A stretch of 63,751 nt of DNA, filler included, from Intoshia linei (taxonomy: Eukaryota > Animalia > Orthonectida), in NCBI GenBank assembly GCA_001642005.1. It is 5 parts of 5 records of this genome, joined end to end, with 100 filler letters (N's around TTAATTAATTAA, not from the genome) between each part and the next. Parts side by side here need not be neighbours in the genome. Positions count along the whole stretch, not along the records: positions 1 to 22,752 come from LWCA01000613.1; 4 more parts are not named here. The stretch is one strand, 5' to 3'. Below, in pieces: positions 1 through 13,516 of this stretch. The stretch's first letter is position 1, and each line of letters starts with the position of its first letter. The notes beneath the pieces are model-generated. The model saw nothing but the letters and a program-made list of their open reading frames with translations. It was not told the DNA's origin and made no database searches. Made by a program: the position numbers and the translations under genes.

Positions 1-765
1 TTCAAAATGTTCATATGGTGGAAGGGTGCACTTTTGATATAAAAATTTGTTCACACCTCTAACATACATACATTTATTAAAAAATTTAAATAACTTTGTT
101 ACTATAATGTTGTCAACTAATATCTTTTGATAACAAACTGTAGAATTAAAAGAGAAGTTTCATGTTGATCACGAAAATTGCAGCTTTTTAATCGTATAAG
201 TCATTCAGATCTTCGAAAAAAGTTTTCTTTTTGTTTTGCCGTTATATTTAGGATAATTAAAAGCAAACACAAAATTTTTATGATGAAATTTATTATTGAT
301 TAAACTAAACCGTTCTATATATTTTTAATTTTTTTGGAATACATTTATGCTACATTACTTTGTACTATAAGAAAATTTACATTCTATTAAATGTTTTTTA
401 AAATTCAGAGAGTCTTAGCGTTTTTTATTAAAAAATTGTAGTTCGAGGTTTTTCGAAATGAATAAAATTTCTGAAATTGAAATTTATACAATTTTTTGCC
501 ATGAAAAGCGTAATTTAGAATGTGTGTCTTTTACATTTGTGGTTTTTTCGTCTTCTCCATAAAAAGAGACACATTTTAAATAACTTTTACTAATATAAAT
601 TAATTAATTCATTATTAATATTTATTTATTAATTATTATATTAATATTAATACTTATTACATAAAAATTCAATTAATAATAAAAATTAAGTATTATTGTA
701 ATAATAAACCCTCCATTAGTGCGGTTAATGTATATATGACATATACCGAACTAATCATGGGTTAC

Positions 766-3700
766 CTATATTCAAATATTGAAAATATCGAACTTTTTGA
801 TTCTATTCCTTTTATCAAAAATTGTAATGCTAGATATTTATTTTCAGCTAAATTTGAATCATTATACACGTGAAATTAAATTAATTACTAATAAATTTTT
901 TTTTCTTTACTTTTTTCTAAAAATAAAAATTTTAAATATGATTAAATATTTTAATAAGTATTATGGATTTAAAACTAGTTTAATAATTACCAATGTGCCA
1001 TATTCCTCTGGTTTTAATCTACATCTCCATAATTTATAAATTATTATGTTATTGAATATAAATAACATATCTTTATCACTAAATATATTTATTAATATCA
1101 TATAATAAATCATTAAATATATCAGTAAATACCAATAAAAAATTTTTTATATGAAAAAAATTGCAATTGCAATTGCAAAGTTATCCCTGATTCTGAATTA
1201 TAATTGTGCTATACACTGCATATTATTATTATCACATTATAATGATTATAATTTGGTTATATTGTTTGTTTTAAATTTAAATCATAAAAAAGTAATGTCA
1301 AAATTTATTTTATACACCACACTTCGGGTTCATGCATTAAAACAAAACTGGTACATAATTAGTTGTATCGTAAAGTTAAATTTTAGTCACTAGAAACGTA
1401 TATAACTTACTTTTCCAAAGTAAATGAAATAAGATAACGTCTAGCGTTAAGAAAATCTTCATAAAAATTTAGTTTTATAACTTTTTTTAATTTTGGAGCT
1501 TTATTCTAATTAAATTAATTTTAATTTTTATAACACTTTTTAATGTACTGTTTTTGTAATAGTGAGTTCTTGACAATCCATGTTATATGATATAAAACAC
1601 TTCATTAGTCGGCCAGCTAAATTTTAGATTATAAAATAACAAAATAAAAGATATTATACAAGTACTAGATCATGGGTTCTTAACCTTTTTTCACTTGGCG
1701 CTCCATAAAATCAATTGAATGAAATTCCATTGATATTTATACACCCAAAAATTTAATAAACTTATATTCGAAAAACATTAATATTATCGCAATTCTATTC
1801 ATCAATTACATTAAAATTGATGTGATGTAAAATTTACATTAATTCGGACATTATAATACATTGCAATGGTAATAAAACAATACTATACTTGAAATTCTAT
1901 TCAAAAGAACCAAAAGTATGTTATTTTATTATTGTATAAATGAGTATTTAGTATTAATACATATTATTATTATTATTTTTATTAATGTATATTTACCCTG
2001 TCATATTAACAAGTTAAACTAACCACGTATAAATTAGTCGTTTACGTAATTTATGTGTAATACACTCATTTGGGAACCGCTGTAAAATTAATATTTTATT
2101 ATAAATTACTTTTTTCAGTCAAATAAAAATAGTTTTTTAATATGGGACAATCTTCATTATAATTTCCAACTGTTTCAATATTCTAAATTGAATTAATCGA
2201 CACTTGTACAATAAAATTACATTTGAATAATATATAAATTATAATTACACTTAAATATTCAATCATGTGTTTATTGATGCCTATTTTTATCGATTTCCAA
2301 TTTTGACGATACTATTTGTATAATTATTATAATATGGTTTATAGGTAACATTATTTATAGATTTCATTAATTCTTTATTATTTTGTGAAAACGTTCGTCC
2401 CATCACTGATGTCTCGTGGAAGTAATTGGTAAAACTTATTAGCATCACTATTATCTATTATAATTTTATTAACAATGTTTGTAATATTAAACTAATATTA
2501 AATATTATTTGATTAATACTGATAGAGTCAATCATGTTCAATTGTAATATTTTTTTATTTCTGATAGAAAAAAATGAAACTTTATTTCTTTCAATAACAA
2601 ATGTACGGTGATTTAATGAATTAGTGATTTTACAGGAAAAAACTGAAAAAATTTCCCGGTTTTTCTATTTCCCCGAATTTCCCGAAAAAATTCTTTCCAA
2701 AAAAAAAAATAAAATTAATTAATTATTATATTTAAGGTAATTTTTTAATACATGTATATTAATAATGTAAACGTTGTATATATTAATACATCAATATTGT
2801 AGAAAATGATTGACGGGAATAATTATGAATCAAGATCAGGGGTGTCATACTCAATTTGCTTGGCGAGTTAAATGTATAAAAAAATTATTACGCGGCGCCA
2901 CAAAAATTTTAATTAATATTAAACAATAATTAATTTATACTTATTTTAATTTATAAAATGAAATAAGAAACAATAATAATGGAATAAGTCTACAACTAAT
3001 GTTAAAATTGTTATTATGAATAAATAAATCATGAAAAATATATGAAAAAACTGTAAAAAAAATAATATGTTTAAAAAATTGCTATAAAAATAAAAATTTA
3101 TATACTAACGCGGCCCGCATAATTGACACTACTGATCATCATATAATAATTTAAAAGATGTAAACCGTTTCACTGACATCAAATTTTAACCGTTCTTCAA
3201 TGTCCAATATATCTGATAAATATTGACATTGCCCTTGGCAATATAGGTTTTGTTCGATGAAATAATTTTTCTAGATTTAATTCATAAATTTAATTAATTT
3301 AAAAGTATTTTAATATATTTAAATAAAAGCTTTTATATCGTAACATATTTTTTCACAAAAAAACCAAATTGCACCTTCAACCAATATATTTATCAGTAGT
3401 TGAAACAACCCTGCATTTGGTATTTGGGTCATAAATGTAACCAAAAATAAGAAAAATTTTTTAATATATTCCTGTTGACAAATTAAAATCTTGATAATCT
3501 GTTTTACTTTTAAGATAGCCGTGTAGCCAATGAAAGGCGAATGGAGAAATATGGATTCTATACAGGTGTACCATACGTCGAATACAAATAATGTTCTCAT
3601 AATGAATTTACAAAATCATATTAATATACTATGTATAAAATTGTAGCAATATTAAAATTATTATTAGTGTATTAAGAAAATTGTATACGAAAAATATAAG

Positions 3701-6700
3701 TTGATCATAATGATGATTATAAGTTGATATAAATCATCACTATTAAAAGTTTTCATTTAACAATACTAATATATTAAAAAAACCTCCATATTTGGATTGT
3801 TTTCAAAAGATTTTTTGCTTGATTGTACAAATTTATGCTGTATTGATTCAAACTTCATTCTACGTTTATCACAACTTTTTTTTTTAGACTAACATAAAAT
3901 ATTAGTAAATATACTAGTATATACTAATATGTATAATATATATAAATAACTATCGTATAAAATAATAATGTATAATAGTAAAATTATAATTAATTATAAG
4001 TTAGGATAATACACATTTTTCATAAAAAGGTTAAATAATTTAGTTAAAAGTGTACATTTGTATGTCTATTTATTTGTTGTTTTAGTTTATTTAAGAAAAT
4101 AAGATAAGTCAAGTTTTAAAAATTCCATATTTCTATTGCACTTTTCGAGAGTGATGTTTTATCGCAAATTTGATTTTCAGTAATTGAGTCCTTCAAGGTC
4201 AAAAAATTCAATTATTTTTTTTTTTTAAATTCAAACCCGTCATAGAATTATAAAAAATACACAATCTGATAAAGATTTTAAATTCATCAAAATTATTATA
4301 AATTTTAACACCAAAAAGATAATTTTCACGGTCGAAAACCTAGATTACTCTTTTTATTAAAAATAAAAACAGCCTTGGAATTTTAAAGAAATTTACAATA
4401 ATACAGTTGTATATCCAGTTAACACATACAAAAATTTTCAATCTGACGAAGCGTCGCCTTTACGGTACAAAAAAGCACTTTAGCATTTGTTTTTTTTATT
4501 TCGAAACTATTTTATTAAAACTAAAAATTTAAATAATTAATATTCCTAAAATTACAAAAAAGGTTTATTCTGATGCATCTTATTCCAGTTGATATAAATA
4601 TAATATTTCGACCACAGAAATTCACGCATTCCCAGTGAAAAATAAGTTTTAATATATTATTAACCAATATTTTACAAATGTTTGAATTAAATTTAATGAT
4701 GAAAATGTAAATGTTCATCCTACGATATCAAAAAAATGTGCATTGAAAGTCTACACCTGTGTTTCCCAACCTTTTTTATGCTAGCCCCTACTTTCACTCT
4801 TAAAAAAATTCCAGGCCCCACTAAAAAAAATTCGAGCGAATTATAATAAAATTATGATAAAAGCAATAGTAATGTATTTATTTTTTAGAATAAATCAGTT
4901 TGTACTAAAACTATTATCAATAATACATAACCAAGGTACAAAGTACAACTTTGCTATTATCATTTTTATATTTATTGCTATGTTGCTAAAATTCACTCGA
5001 AATATGTTTTTAAAGTGCTGATTACGTTTATTATTATTGATAAAAAATAGTTTTTACTCATCGAAAGCAGATACTGAATATACAATATGTATAATACATA
5101 ATTAATAATAATACATGTATGTATATCTAATTTAAATGATTTTTCTTATTTTTCAAAATAAGCGCAGGTCAGGACAGGTAGATTATTATAATTAAAATTG
5201 TATTAAAACCTTTATATCCGATATCGATTCATTGAAATCATCGAGACGGCGATAAATCTGATTTATTAATATTCCTTCCTATTGTATATATACATACATA
5301 TATTCTATATAATAATATAAATGATATTAATACAGTCAATTATGTTCTATATGAACATGAAGGGACCAAGTTTTGATAATGTTTATACTATACTGTAATA
5401 TGAATGGCAATAATAATATAATTAAAAGTTTCGAAATGTCTAATCAATGTTTGTTCAAACAAAATTGTCGTATTCATATTGAGCTGAGTTCATATTTTAG
5501 AATGTTCATATAGAACAGAATTGACTGTATATACAGTCGGACTCCCCTGTCTGCACAAAATTTAGAAATTATGTTCACTATAAGAGTATAGTGAACAAAA
5601 AAAACTTTAAAAATATGGTTTATATCAGACATTGTCAACTCTTTTTCGCTGTGGACCCCAAAAAAATTAAAAAATAATGGCAATTTTTAATAAATCATTA
5701 CATTTGGGTAAAACGAATGATGGTCAAAAGACATGAAGTACTTTATTTTTGCGATATGATAAACTTGATGAACTATTAATATTAATCTTTAACTCGTCAA
5801 TGTTCCTAAAATAGAACATGTTTTGCAGGTATTGTTTACAGTACATTATTAATTGTTTACTACATATTTTATCACATCAATAAAAAGTCTATATTATCTA
5901 TCTTTCCTGTGAAGAATTTATATTTTATATCCGTTGTTTGATGTTTCATAGAATCATGAATATTGACTGATTTTTTGTCCCATTTTCAATTTGAAATTTA
6001 ACTTGGCTCGGTCATAAATTTTAATAAACTAATTAATTAAAACCACTGCTCCTAAAATGGAACAATGGAGGTTTCCCAATAAGTTTTTACACTTTTAAGT
6101 AATTTAATTTAATACCAGAGAATTTACTTTTACATGATTTGCACGTTTTATATTAGTATTTCTAAGACTTTATGTTATTGAAAATGTATATAATATGTTA
6201 TAAATTTATATAATTTTCATGGAGCCCAAAAAAGTGCTGCGGACCGGTTTAGAATGGCTGGTTTATATGATATGCTGGTGAACGATAAGCGAAGCAAGGA
6301 ATGGAAAATTAATATGATCTAATGAAGAATTCTCAAACTTTACCATTTTGAACGATTTTGACGTTTTAAATCTAAAGAATCAAAATTCACAATTTAAGAC
6401 TTTAAAAATTATTAGATTATGTATTTTGTGAAATGTAATAAAAAAATCGCTCCAAATTCGCCCACCGTTGAGAATTCCTGATCTAATACAATAAATAATG
6501 TATAATGTAATTCAAATTTACATGTAAAAAATATATACTCATTTTATTTAAAGTTATTATTCTATGACACAAGACAACAAAAATGAACTTTTTAGTTTAC
6601 TTATGGGGTCTCACCATTTAAGTTGAAAGTGTGACGTCTTCTGAGCAGAACGACATTATTCACGATATTTGGTTTGATCGTTAACGTGTAGTAATTAACC

Positions 6701-8749
6701 AATCAACATTTTCATTATCCATATAAACAATTAACACAATTATTTAAATCGGTTAAACTTAAACTATAGTTTTATTGTTAATTTTTAATTGGCTAATTAA
6801 TCAACTTTGACAATCTCAATTGAGATAATTAGATACATCATTCTGCTCCAAATTTAATATACTACCTTTTCTAATAGTCATATTTGGTAAGTAAAATTAT
6901 GTGTTTTGTAGTGTTATTTGATGTGTCCCGTAATAAAATATTCACAAAAATGATAATTATAATTTATTTTCATATATACAGTCAAACTGATCAATAAGTA
7001 ACCTTAAATGTAACATTTTTGACAGATTCATTATTAAACATTTATGTGATTTAACGACAATTTTAAGAAAGGGTGTATATTTCATTTTACTCAGTATTTT
7101 TATGATTTACATATATTAATAAAGTTTAAGTTTAATAAAGCCGACAAGCCGGTTATACAATTTTGTACCATGTTAATAATGTACTATTTTATTTTATAAA
7201 TGATATACCATAGTTTCATGTGATTCGTTAAAGTCTTTTAATAATTGACTGCATGTTGCAAAGGAATCGCCTGAAAAATTTAAACATTTTATGACATTTA
7301 AATTCAAATATTGCGTAATAAACGTTTGAGGATTAATCTACAGACTCTTTGTATATAGCTCTTATGTTAAAACTTCAATAAACCATATTCATTACAATAT
7401 AAAAATATATAAAATGATCATTGGAAACTTTTATTTTAAGGTACAATGTTTAAGTTAAATGTGAATAAAAATAAAAAAATCACTAATAATAAAATATTTA
7501 AATTTTTTTTAAATATCTCAAAATCTCGAATTCTGGCTATTTACATTATTTTAATTGTACTGAAAGCATCAAAAAAAAATAAATAAAATTCAAAAAAATT
7601 GAGCTAGAAACAAATTTAAAAAATAAACAGTATAACTAAACATGGACAACAATATTATAAAATCGGTACCACGTTTAACAGCTCAAACGCTAATTTCCGT
7701 TAAAATAAAGTTCAGTTTTAATTTTGTAATATATAGTATATATAGAAAACTTTAAATGGTCAGGTTAACTTCACCGTTAGGAGTTGGCCGAAAATATTTT
7801 ACCATATTTATTATTTTAGTAATACTATAATTTTAAGCCCTAAGGATATTTTTTCTAAATACCCATGAGACACCTTACTGTACAATGTGAAATTTTGAAT
7901 TAGTCGTCATTTTTAATTATTTTATAAATTACTAATTTTAATTTCATCTACTGAAACCACATTATCCAAATCAGGTTTAAGTGTTTCCAAAACTTCCGAT
8001 ATCTTTTTTGATATAGAATGAACACCTAAAATTTATAATATTCAAAATAAATTGAATTGCAAATAAATGAAATGACGCATATTAGGATGCAACACCTCAA
8101 AGCAGTTATAATTTAATACTCACATTAACATTAACAGTTAGTTAGATTACGTATATGAGAAAAAGAAAAGTTACTAAACTGACTAATATAAATTATATTT
8201 CTAGAAATAATTACCATTACAAATGAAAAAAACTAATATTCATATACTTTAAAAAAAAATTTAATTAACTTGTAAGTAAGTTGATAGTAAAAAATAAAAG
8301 TTTAAATAAAATAAAATAAAAGTTTTGATCAAAAATTTATATAAGATAACAATAAACTTAAAATGCTGAGCTTATGATTAAACTGCATATAACATAATAC
8401 AATATGTATTCGAAACGCACATTTCCCAGGTTTTTATTTTATAGAAAATTTTGGTATTCATATTTGATTACATATACTTTAAAGTCTAATGATAATATCG
8501 AAATACCAAAATGGCGGTATTGATCTATATCATAACGCAGGCCTAATAATTGAAACCCTGCTATAAACTAATTTTATAAATATAACCTTGATAAGCTTTA
8601 GTATATTCTAAAACCAGATTTGATAATACTTTAATCTTTTTAATAGAAGTTTCGATTGCATTTTCATGAATGGCCAGTTGTTTAGCATACTCTGGTGTAT
8701 AAACAGTGCATTCTGTAAACTCTAGATAATGTTTATTTTCCATTGTCAT
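766..8749 (-). CDS. GRAF/oligophrenin-family (ARHGAP26/ARHGAP10/OPHN1-like) BAR-PH-RhoGAP protein, multi-exon; probably continues toward the window start
   Basis: Phase-consistent GT-AG exons rebuilt by hand: 8749-8587, 8025-7933, 7270-7209, 5278-5210, 3888-3784, 3270-3166, 2454-2350, 2311-2249, 2182-2110, 1616-1549, 1505-1411, 1078-991, 916-889, 847-766. Peptides resemble GRAF1 exon by exon as I recall it: LEFTECTVYTPEY ~ LEFSDCxxDSPxF; SDSFATCSQLLKDFNESHETM ~ ARSLQEFATVLRNLEDERIRM; YLSDILDIEERLKFDVSET ~ YVFKVQEVQERKMFEFVEP; FTNYFHE ~ FTFYHH; LKNYFYLTEK ~ MEGYLYVQEK; LIKGIESK ~ CIHAVETR. Confidence 0.85.
2837..3134. mobile_element. hAT-type MITE in a RhoGAP intron
   Basis: Ends CAGGGGTGTCA ... 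TGACACTACTG, with an imperfect 8-bp target duplication ATCAAGAT/ATCATCAT. Confidence 0.6.
4100..4756 (+). mobile_element. Non-autonomous Helitron internal fragment
   Basis: Reverse complement of the ~130-bp unit array seen at 9300-9970, 12330-13000 and 20930-21660 (CTTCAAGGTCAAAA, TTCACGGTCGAAAA, ACGCATTCCCAGTGAAAAATAA). Confidence 0.7.
5333..5527. mobile_element. pogo/Tigger-type MITE
   Basis: TIR CAGTCAATTATGTTCTATATGAACAT / ATGTTCATATAGAACAGAATTGACTG, flanked by TA on both sides. Confidence 0.8.
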
Positions 8750-9048
8750 TTTCTAGTGCCTAGAATAAAAACGAACAGAATTGTATTTTAACAGTAAGAT
8801 AAGTCTAATTGTAAATATTGACTTTATGCATAGATTATTTACTGACAGTCAGCGCTTTAACTTGAAATTTAAAATAAGAATTAAATCATTTATAATGTAG
8901 ATCATATTGATAATTAATGTAGTACCATTTTTTTAAAAAATTTTTATAATAATTGGAAGATATTATGATTTAAAATTAGAAAATTCATATACACTAAATT
9001 ATAAGTTTTTTTATGGATGTAAACATTCCTACATAACAATTGTAAACA

Positions 9049-9975
9049 TCCTTTCCTTATATAAAACCGAATCTCTGTATTTGTGTGTTTGTGTGTTAGC
9101 ATACCAATTGACAGTAGAATTTAAATGAACCCAATTTCTAAATTCAATTTTAACATTTAAAAATTAAAATTCTAGGGTTGTTTTCATTTTTAAAAAATTT
9201 TTTGAACCTCAGAAATCTAAGAATTCCATGTTAAAAAAATAAGTTTAATTAATTAACATTTGAACATTTAAAAAATATTAGTTGATAATATATTAAAAGT
9301 TATTTGTCACTGGGAATGTGTAGATTTCTGAGGTTGATTTTTTTTATCAATATTAACTGGAATACGCTGTATGAGAATAATTTTTTTTTTAATTTTAGGA
9401 ATGTTAATTATTTAAAATTTTTTGTTAATAAAGTAGTTTCGTAATAAAAAAAATGAATAGTAACATTTTTTTTTTTGACCGTGAAGTCGTCACTTTTTCA
9501 GATTTAAATTTTTAGTGTGTTTTAACTGGAAATACCTATCAACTGTAAATTTTTTTTAAATTTTAGGAATTGTCATTTTTAAAAAAAAGGTAATCTGCGG
9601 TTTTGCTCGTGAAAATAATTTTTTTTGAGGTTGCAATTTATGAAAATGCTAATGATTTCAAAAACTATCCAAAAATTTATGATGTATAAAATTCTAGGAA
9701 TTTTTTCATTTTTACAAAAAATAGTAATTTGTGGTTTTAGTTATAAAGATATAAGATTTTGAGATTAAAAATAATCGTAATGTTGATCATTTTAAAATCT
9801 TGATCAGAATGTATATTTTAGTATAATTCTTAGAACGATTTGAATTTTAAAAAAAAGTGACAATTGAAGTTTTTTAACTTGAAGAATTAAATTGCTCAAA
9901 ATCAATTTTGCGATAAAACATCACTTTCGAAAAACGGTCTTAACAATAATGAATTTTTAAAACTCGACTTCTCTT
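9049..9975. mobile_element. Helitron composite (+ strand 5' end followed by inverted internal units)
   Basis: A|TCCTTTCCTTATATAAAA plus a GT-rich microsatellite (5' terminus), followed by about four ~130-bp units in the opposite orientation. Confidence 0.65.
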
Positions 9976-11009
9976 AGTTTCTGAATGTATTACATATTAT
10001 GTATAACCATAATTAATTGTATCATTGACTGATTGATCGTCAATATACTTGAATGAGGATTTGTTTCATAGGTATGGTACTCTGTTAATTGCACGCTCAG
10101 AAACCTCATTTGTTAGAGTAACTTAAAGAGGTGGTACCGACAAATATAAATGTTTTGTGCAAAAACATGTTCAATATTTGCATCTTTTCGGTAAAACAGA
10201 AAGAGAAACATTTCTGATCCCAAAAAAAGGTAGTCTTGTATAAAACAACTATTTCATACAGTTTCATTGATCCAACAATGTATTTGATATAAATGTTAAG
10301 TAACCTCGCTGTTTGTTGGTGGATGGGGATGTGGTAATTCTTTTATATGAGAGTCGATGCCATTTTTTAATGCAAGTTTATAACAATTTACATCTTTATT
10401 GTTGATAAAAGAAATTAACAAACTATTAATCTTAGATGTCAAATTTGTTCGTTCGATTTGATCGAAATGCATCACTTTTTTTCAAATTTGGACGTCGCTT
10501 AAATGTCATATTCAACGATAGTTTTAATAATTTCCTTACAATGCTACTCAAAGCAATATTTATATTTATATTGACTTTTTTATTATACAAATTATAGAGT
10601 TCTTGAGCTATGATTTAGTAAATCAGATTTATAATGCTGTAGATCTTGAAATTTGAATCTTTGTTAAATATCTTCCAATAACGTATTTTACAACGGGTAC
10701 CCGCGTACCGGTTCCTAAAAAAGTAATGCTTGAAAATAAGATATTAGGCTTAGCCCTTATTAATAAATTCTTAGAACGATCTTTGTGATTATAAGAGTTA
10801 TTATTAATAATAATAAGTTTTTAAGGGCAAGTTTTTTTTGGACCTGTAAATTTTGAAATTCGAACCTATAAATCTGACTTTTTGGATTTAAAATTTTTTT
10901 ATTCAAAGAGCAACAATTGAAAATAATTATACTAACTATTCTATTTATGACAAATTAATTAAAATTCACTGAAAAAAATAATATTAATTAGTTTAATTTG
11001 TTGCTAAAT

Positions 11010-11560
11010 TATAATGAGAAACTATATATTTTTTAATATTATCGGTTTTAAAATTTCTATCTTTTGCAATCAGTTTTTTAAGCATAGAGAATTTTCGTTC
11101 TACGGTAGCTTAAGTTGATTGACAATTTTCCAATAGTTCATATATATACGGAGAAATATTATCATGCCTCAATTCACAAATAACTCTAATGTCATTGTTA
11201 TCCAGCCGTTTCATAATGTATAATTTGATATTACATGGATCTTCTTAAAAATGAATATATTTCATTGTTTTCCAGGCTTTAATTACAGAAAATAGCAATC
11301 TTCACATTTTTTAATTAATTCATGTATCATTTTGTAGTTTGATATAATTTTTAATTCTGATGGTAATGTTTCTTTGGATATTGCACATTTGGCTTGTCTA
11401 ACTATGAGACCGTCACCTTCGAATTTGTTAACTATACGTTTTACAGTTGTTAAATGTTTTTCATAATAATTTGAAGCAACTAACTAAGTTCCCATCGTGT
11501 AGCAACTGGAATGGGATCGTATCCAAATTTTTTGGGATTAAATATGTAAAATCTGATAAC
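11010..11560 (-). pseudogene. Degenerate hAT-like transposase C-terminal relic
   Basis: Broken reading ...ASNYYEKHLTTVKRIV...ATVERKFSMLKKLIAKDRNFKTDNIKKY, matching the hAT dimerisation motif (VERSFS), with stops and frameshifts. Confidence 0.6.
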
Positions 11561-11683
11561 ATAACAGTTATATTGAAAAATAATTATTATTAATTCGGTG
11601 ATTATTTTTTACTAAAAATTATCATTATCTAATATATTACAAATATAAATAACATTATAAATTAGCTTTTATTGGCGAAGCTT

Positions 11684-11967
11684 GGGCTAATTATTATATT
11701 TATTATATATAATTAATGAGGTGATTGAGTATGATGATTCTTGTATATTTTCTTAATATTAGCCTAATATTAGTAAGAACGATACATGAGAATCCTTCAT
11801 ATCAAATTCAATATCTTGAATTTTTATCATAATTATCATATTATACACTTTTAAAATAAAAAAATTGAATCGAGATGCAAAATGGCTTTTTCTAATTAAA
11901 AAAAAGTTGAAAGCCTAATACATGTATATTAGGGCTGTTCAAAAAAAAAATCTTTGGGCACACCATN
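11684..11967 (+). repeat. Near-identical duplicate of 14162-14443; both copies adjoin single-N contig joins (likely assembly overlap)
   Basis: GGGCTAATTATTAT...GGGCACACCAT recurs verbatim; the N positions are 11968 and 14161. Confidence 0.75.
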
Positions 11968-12282
11968 CTGAATATTATTTTGTTGAATATGGTAGAACCG
12001 TTTCTCTTCAGTTAAAATTGAAATTTATCATGTGTAAATTTTCAAAAACGGGGCCCGTATAATTTTTTGATATACAAAAGTGGCCACTAGACGCAAAAAA
12101 ATGGCCGACCCTTGTACTACAGTATTACTAACTTACAAGTTGTAAAAATTTAATTTAATATCTTAATCTTAACTCAGCGTTTCCCATATTCCGGTCTATG
12201 AATAAGTTATACCAGTCCGTGAAAAAATTTTAATTTAAAATTTATCCAATTGATATTATAACTCAATGGTAAATATAATATA

Positions 12283-13061
12283 CTAGGTTGACTGTTATGT
12301 ACTACGTATAAACGGTATAAACATATAAATTATTTATTGGAAATGTGTAGACGTTCAATGCACATTTTTTTGAAATTGTAAGATCAATATTTACATTTTC
12401 AATTTTTATTTTTATCGACATATTTGAAAAATATCGTTGAAAATATATTTAAAATTATTTTTTACCGGGAATGCGTAGATTACTGGGGTTAAAATTTTGT
12501 ATTTATATCAACTGGAATAAGCTCTATCAGAATAATCTTTTTTTTAAATTTTTGAAACGTTAATTATTTCATATTTTTTGTTTTAATAAAATATTTTGGA
12601 AAAAAAATATATGAATACTAAAATGCTTTTTTGATCGTGAAGTCATCACTTATTCGGGTTGAAATTGTTTGTGTGTGTTAACAGGATACAACTGTACCAC
12701 CTGTAAAATTTTTGAAATTCTAAGGCTGTTTTCATTAAAAAAAGAAGGGTAATTTGTGGTTTTGGCCCTGAAGATATAATTTTTTTAAATTTAAATTTAT
12801 GATAATGTTTATGATTTTAAAATCCGTATCAGCGTATATATTTTTTTAAATTCTCCAACTTGTTTGATTTTCAAAACAAAAGATAATTGGGGTTTTTGAC
12901 CTGTAAGATGTGAGTTTGGGAGGTTGAAATTTATTTTGCTTACACCCGGAAAAAACTGAAATTGAAATGTGGACTTTATAAATTCTTAAACTGGTAGTTA
13001 TTGAAATAAACGGTAACACACATACATACAAATATTGCAAAGCATATTATATAAGTAAGGA
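12283..13061 (-). mobile_element. Complete non-autonomous Helitron
   Basis: Minus strand reads A|TCCTTACTTATATAATATGC ... hairpin CCGTTTATAC-GTA-GTACATAACAG ... CTAG|T: the canonical TC...CTRR termini with an AT target and no TSD. Confidence 0.85.
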
Positions 13062-13516
13062 TAAATTTAAAATTTTATTAAATTCTTTATCCAATTTTTT
13101 ACTGTTTCCTAGTAATTTCGTTTTAATGGTACGCAATAAATTTGATAATTAATTACACATCCGCTGTGAAAAAAGTATGAAACCCATGTACTAACCTATT
13201 ATATACTTTACCCAATTTGATTATACACAGTGACGAATCTATAGTACCCGAGATTCTGTTCTGGGACATCGAAGAAATTTTTGTAAAATGAGGGCATCGT
13301 TTTTCAAAATTGAGCATTTAAAAAAGTATATTCTTGATGTCATTACTATTTTTGTATCAATGTAATATGTCAAATGAAGCGTCTTGAATAGGTGGCTATG
13401 AACTATATTAAACTTCTATATACGCCACGTTTGCGAAAAAAAATTTTAGGGGCCTATTTTACATTTTAAGATGGTTTCGAGCTTGGGTCGTTTCGGATCT
13501 GATTATACATGTACAT

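Noticed and set aside
779-5683. Short ORF-track calls at 779, 1151, 3319, 4521 and 5474, and similar ones elsewhere
   Set aside because: AT-driven F/I/L/K/N frames that are antisense to real exons or lie inside introns and repeats.
9300-9975. Regularly spaced repeats as a possible CRISPR array
   Set aside because: Eukaryotic DNA; whole units are homologous and diverged, with no unique spacers and no cas genes.
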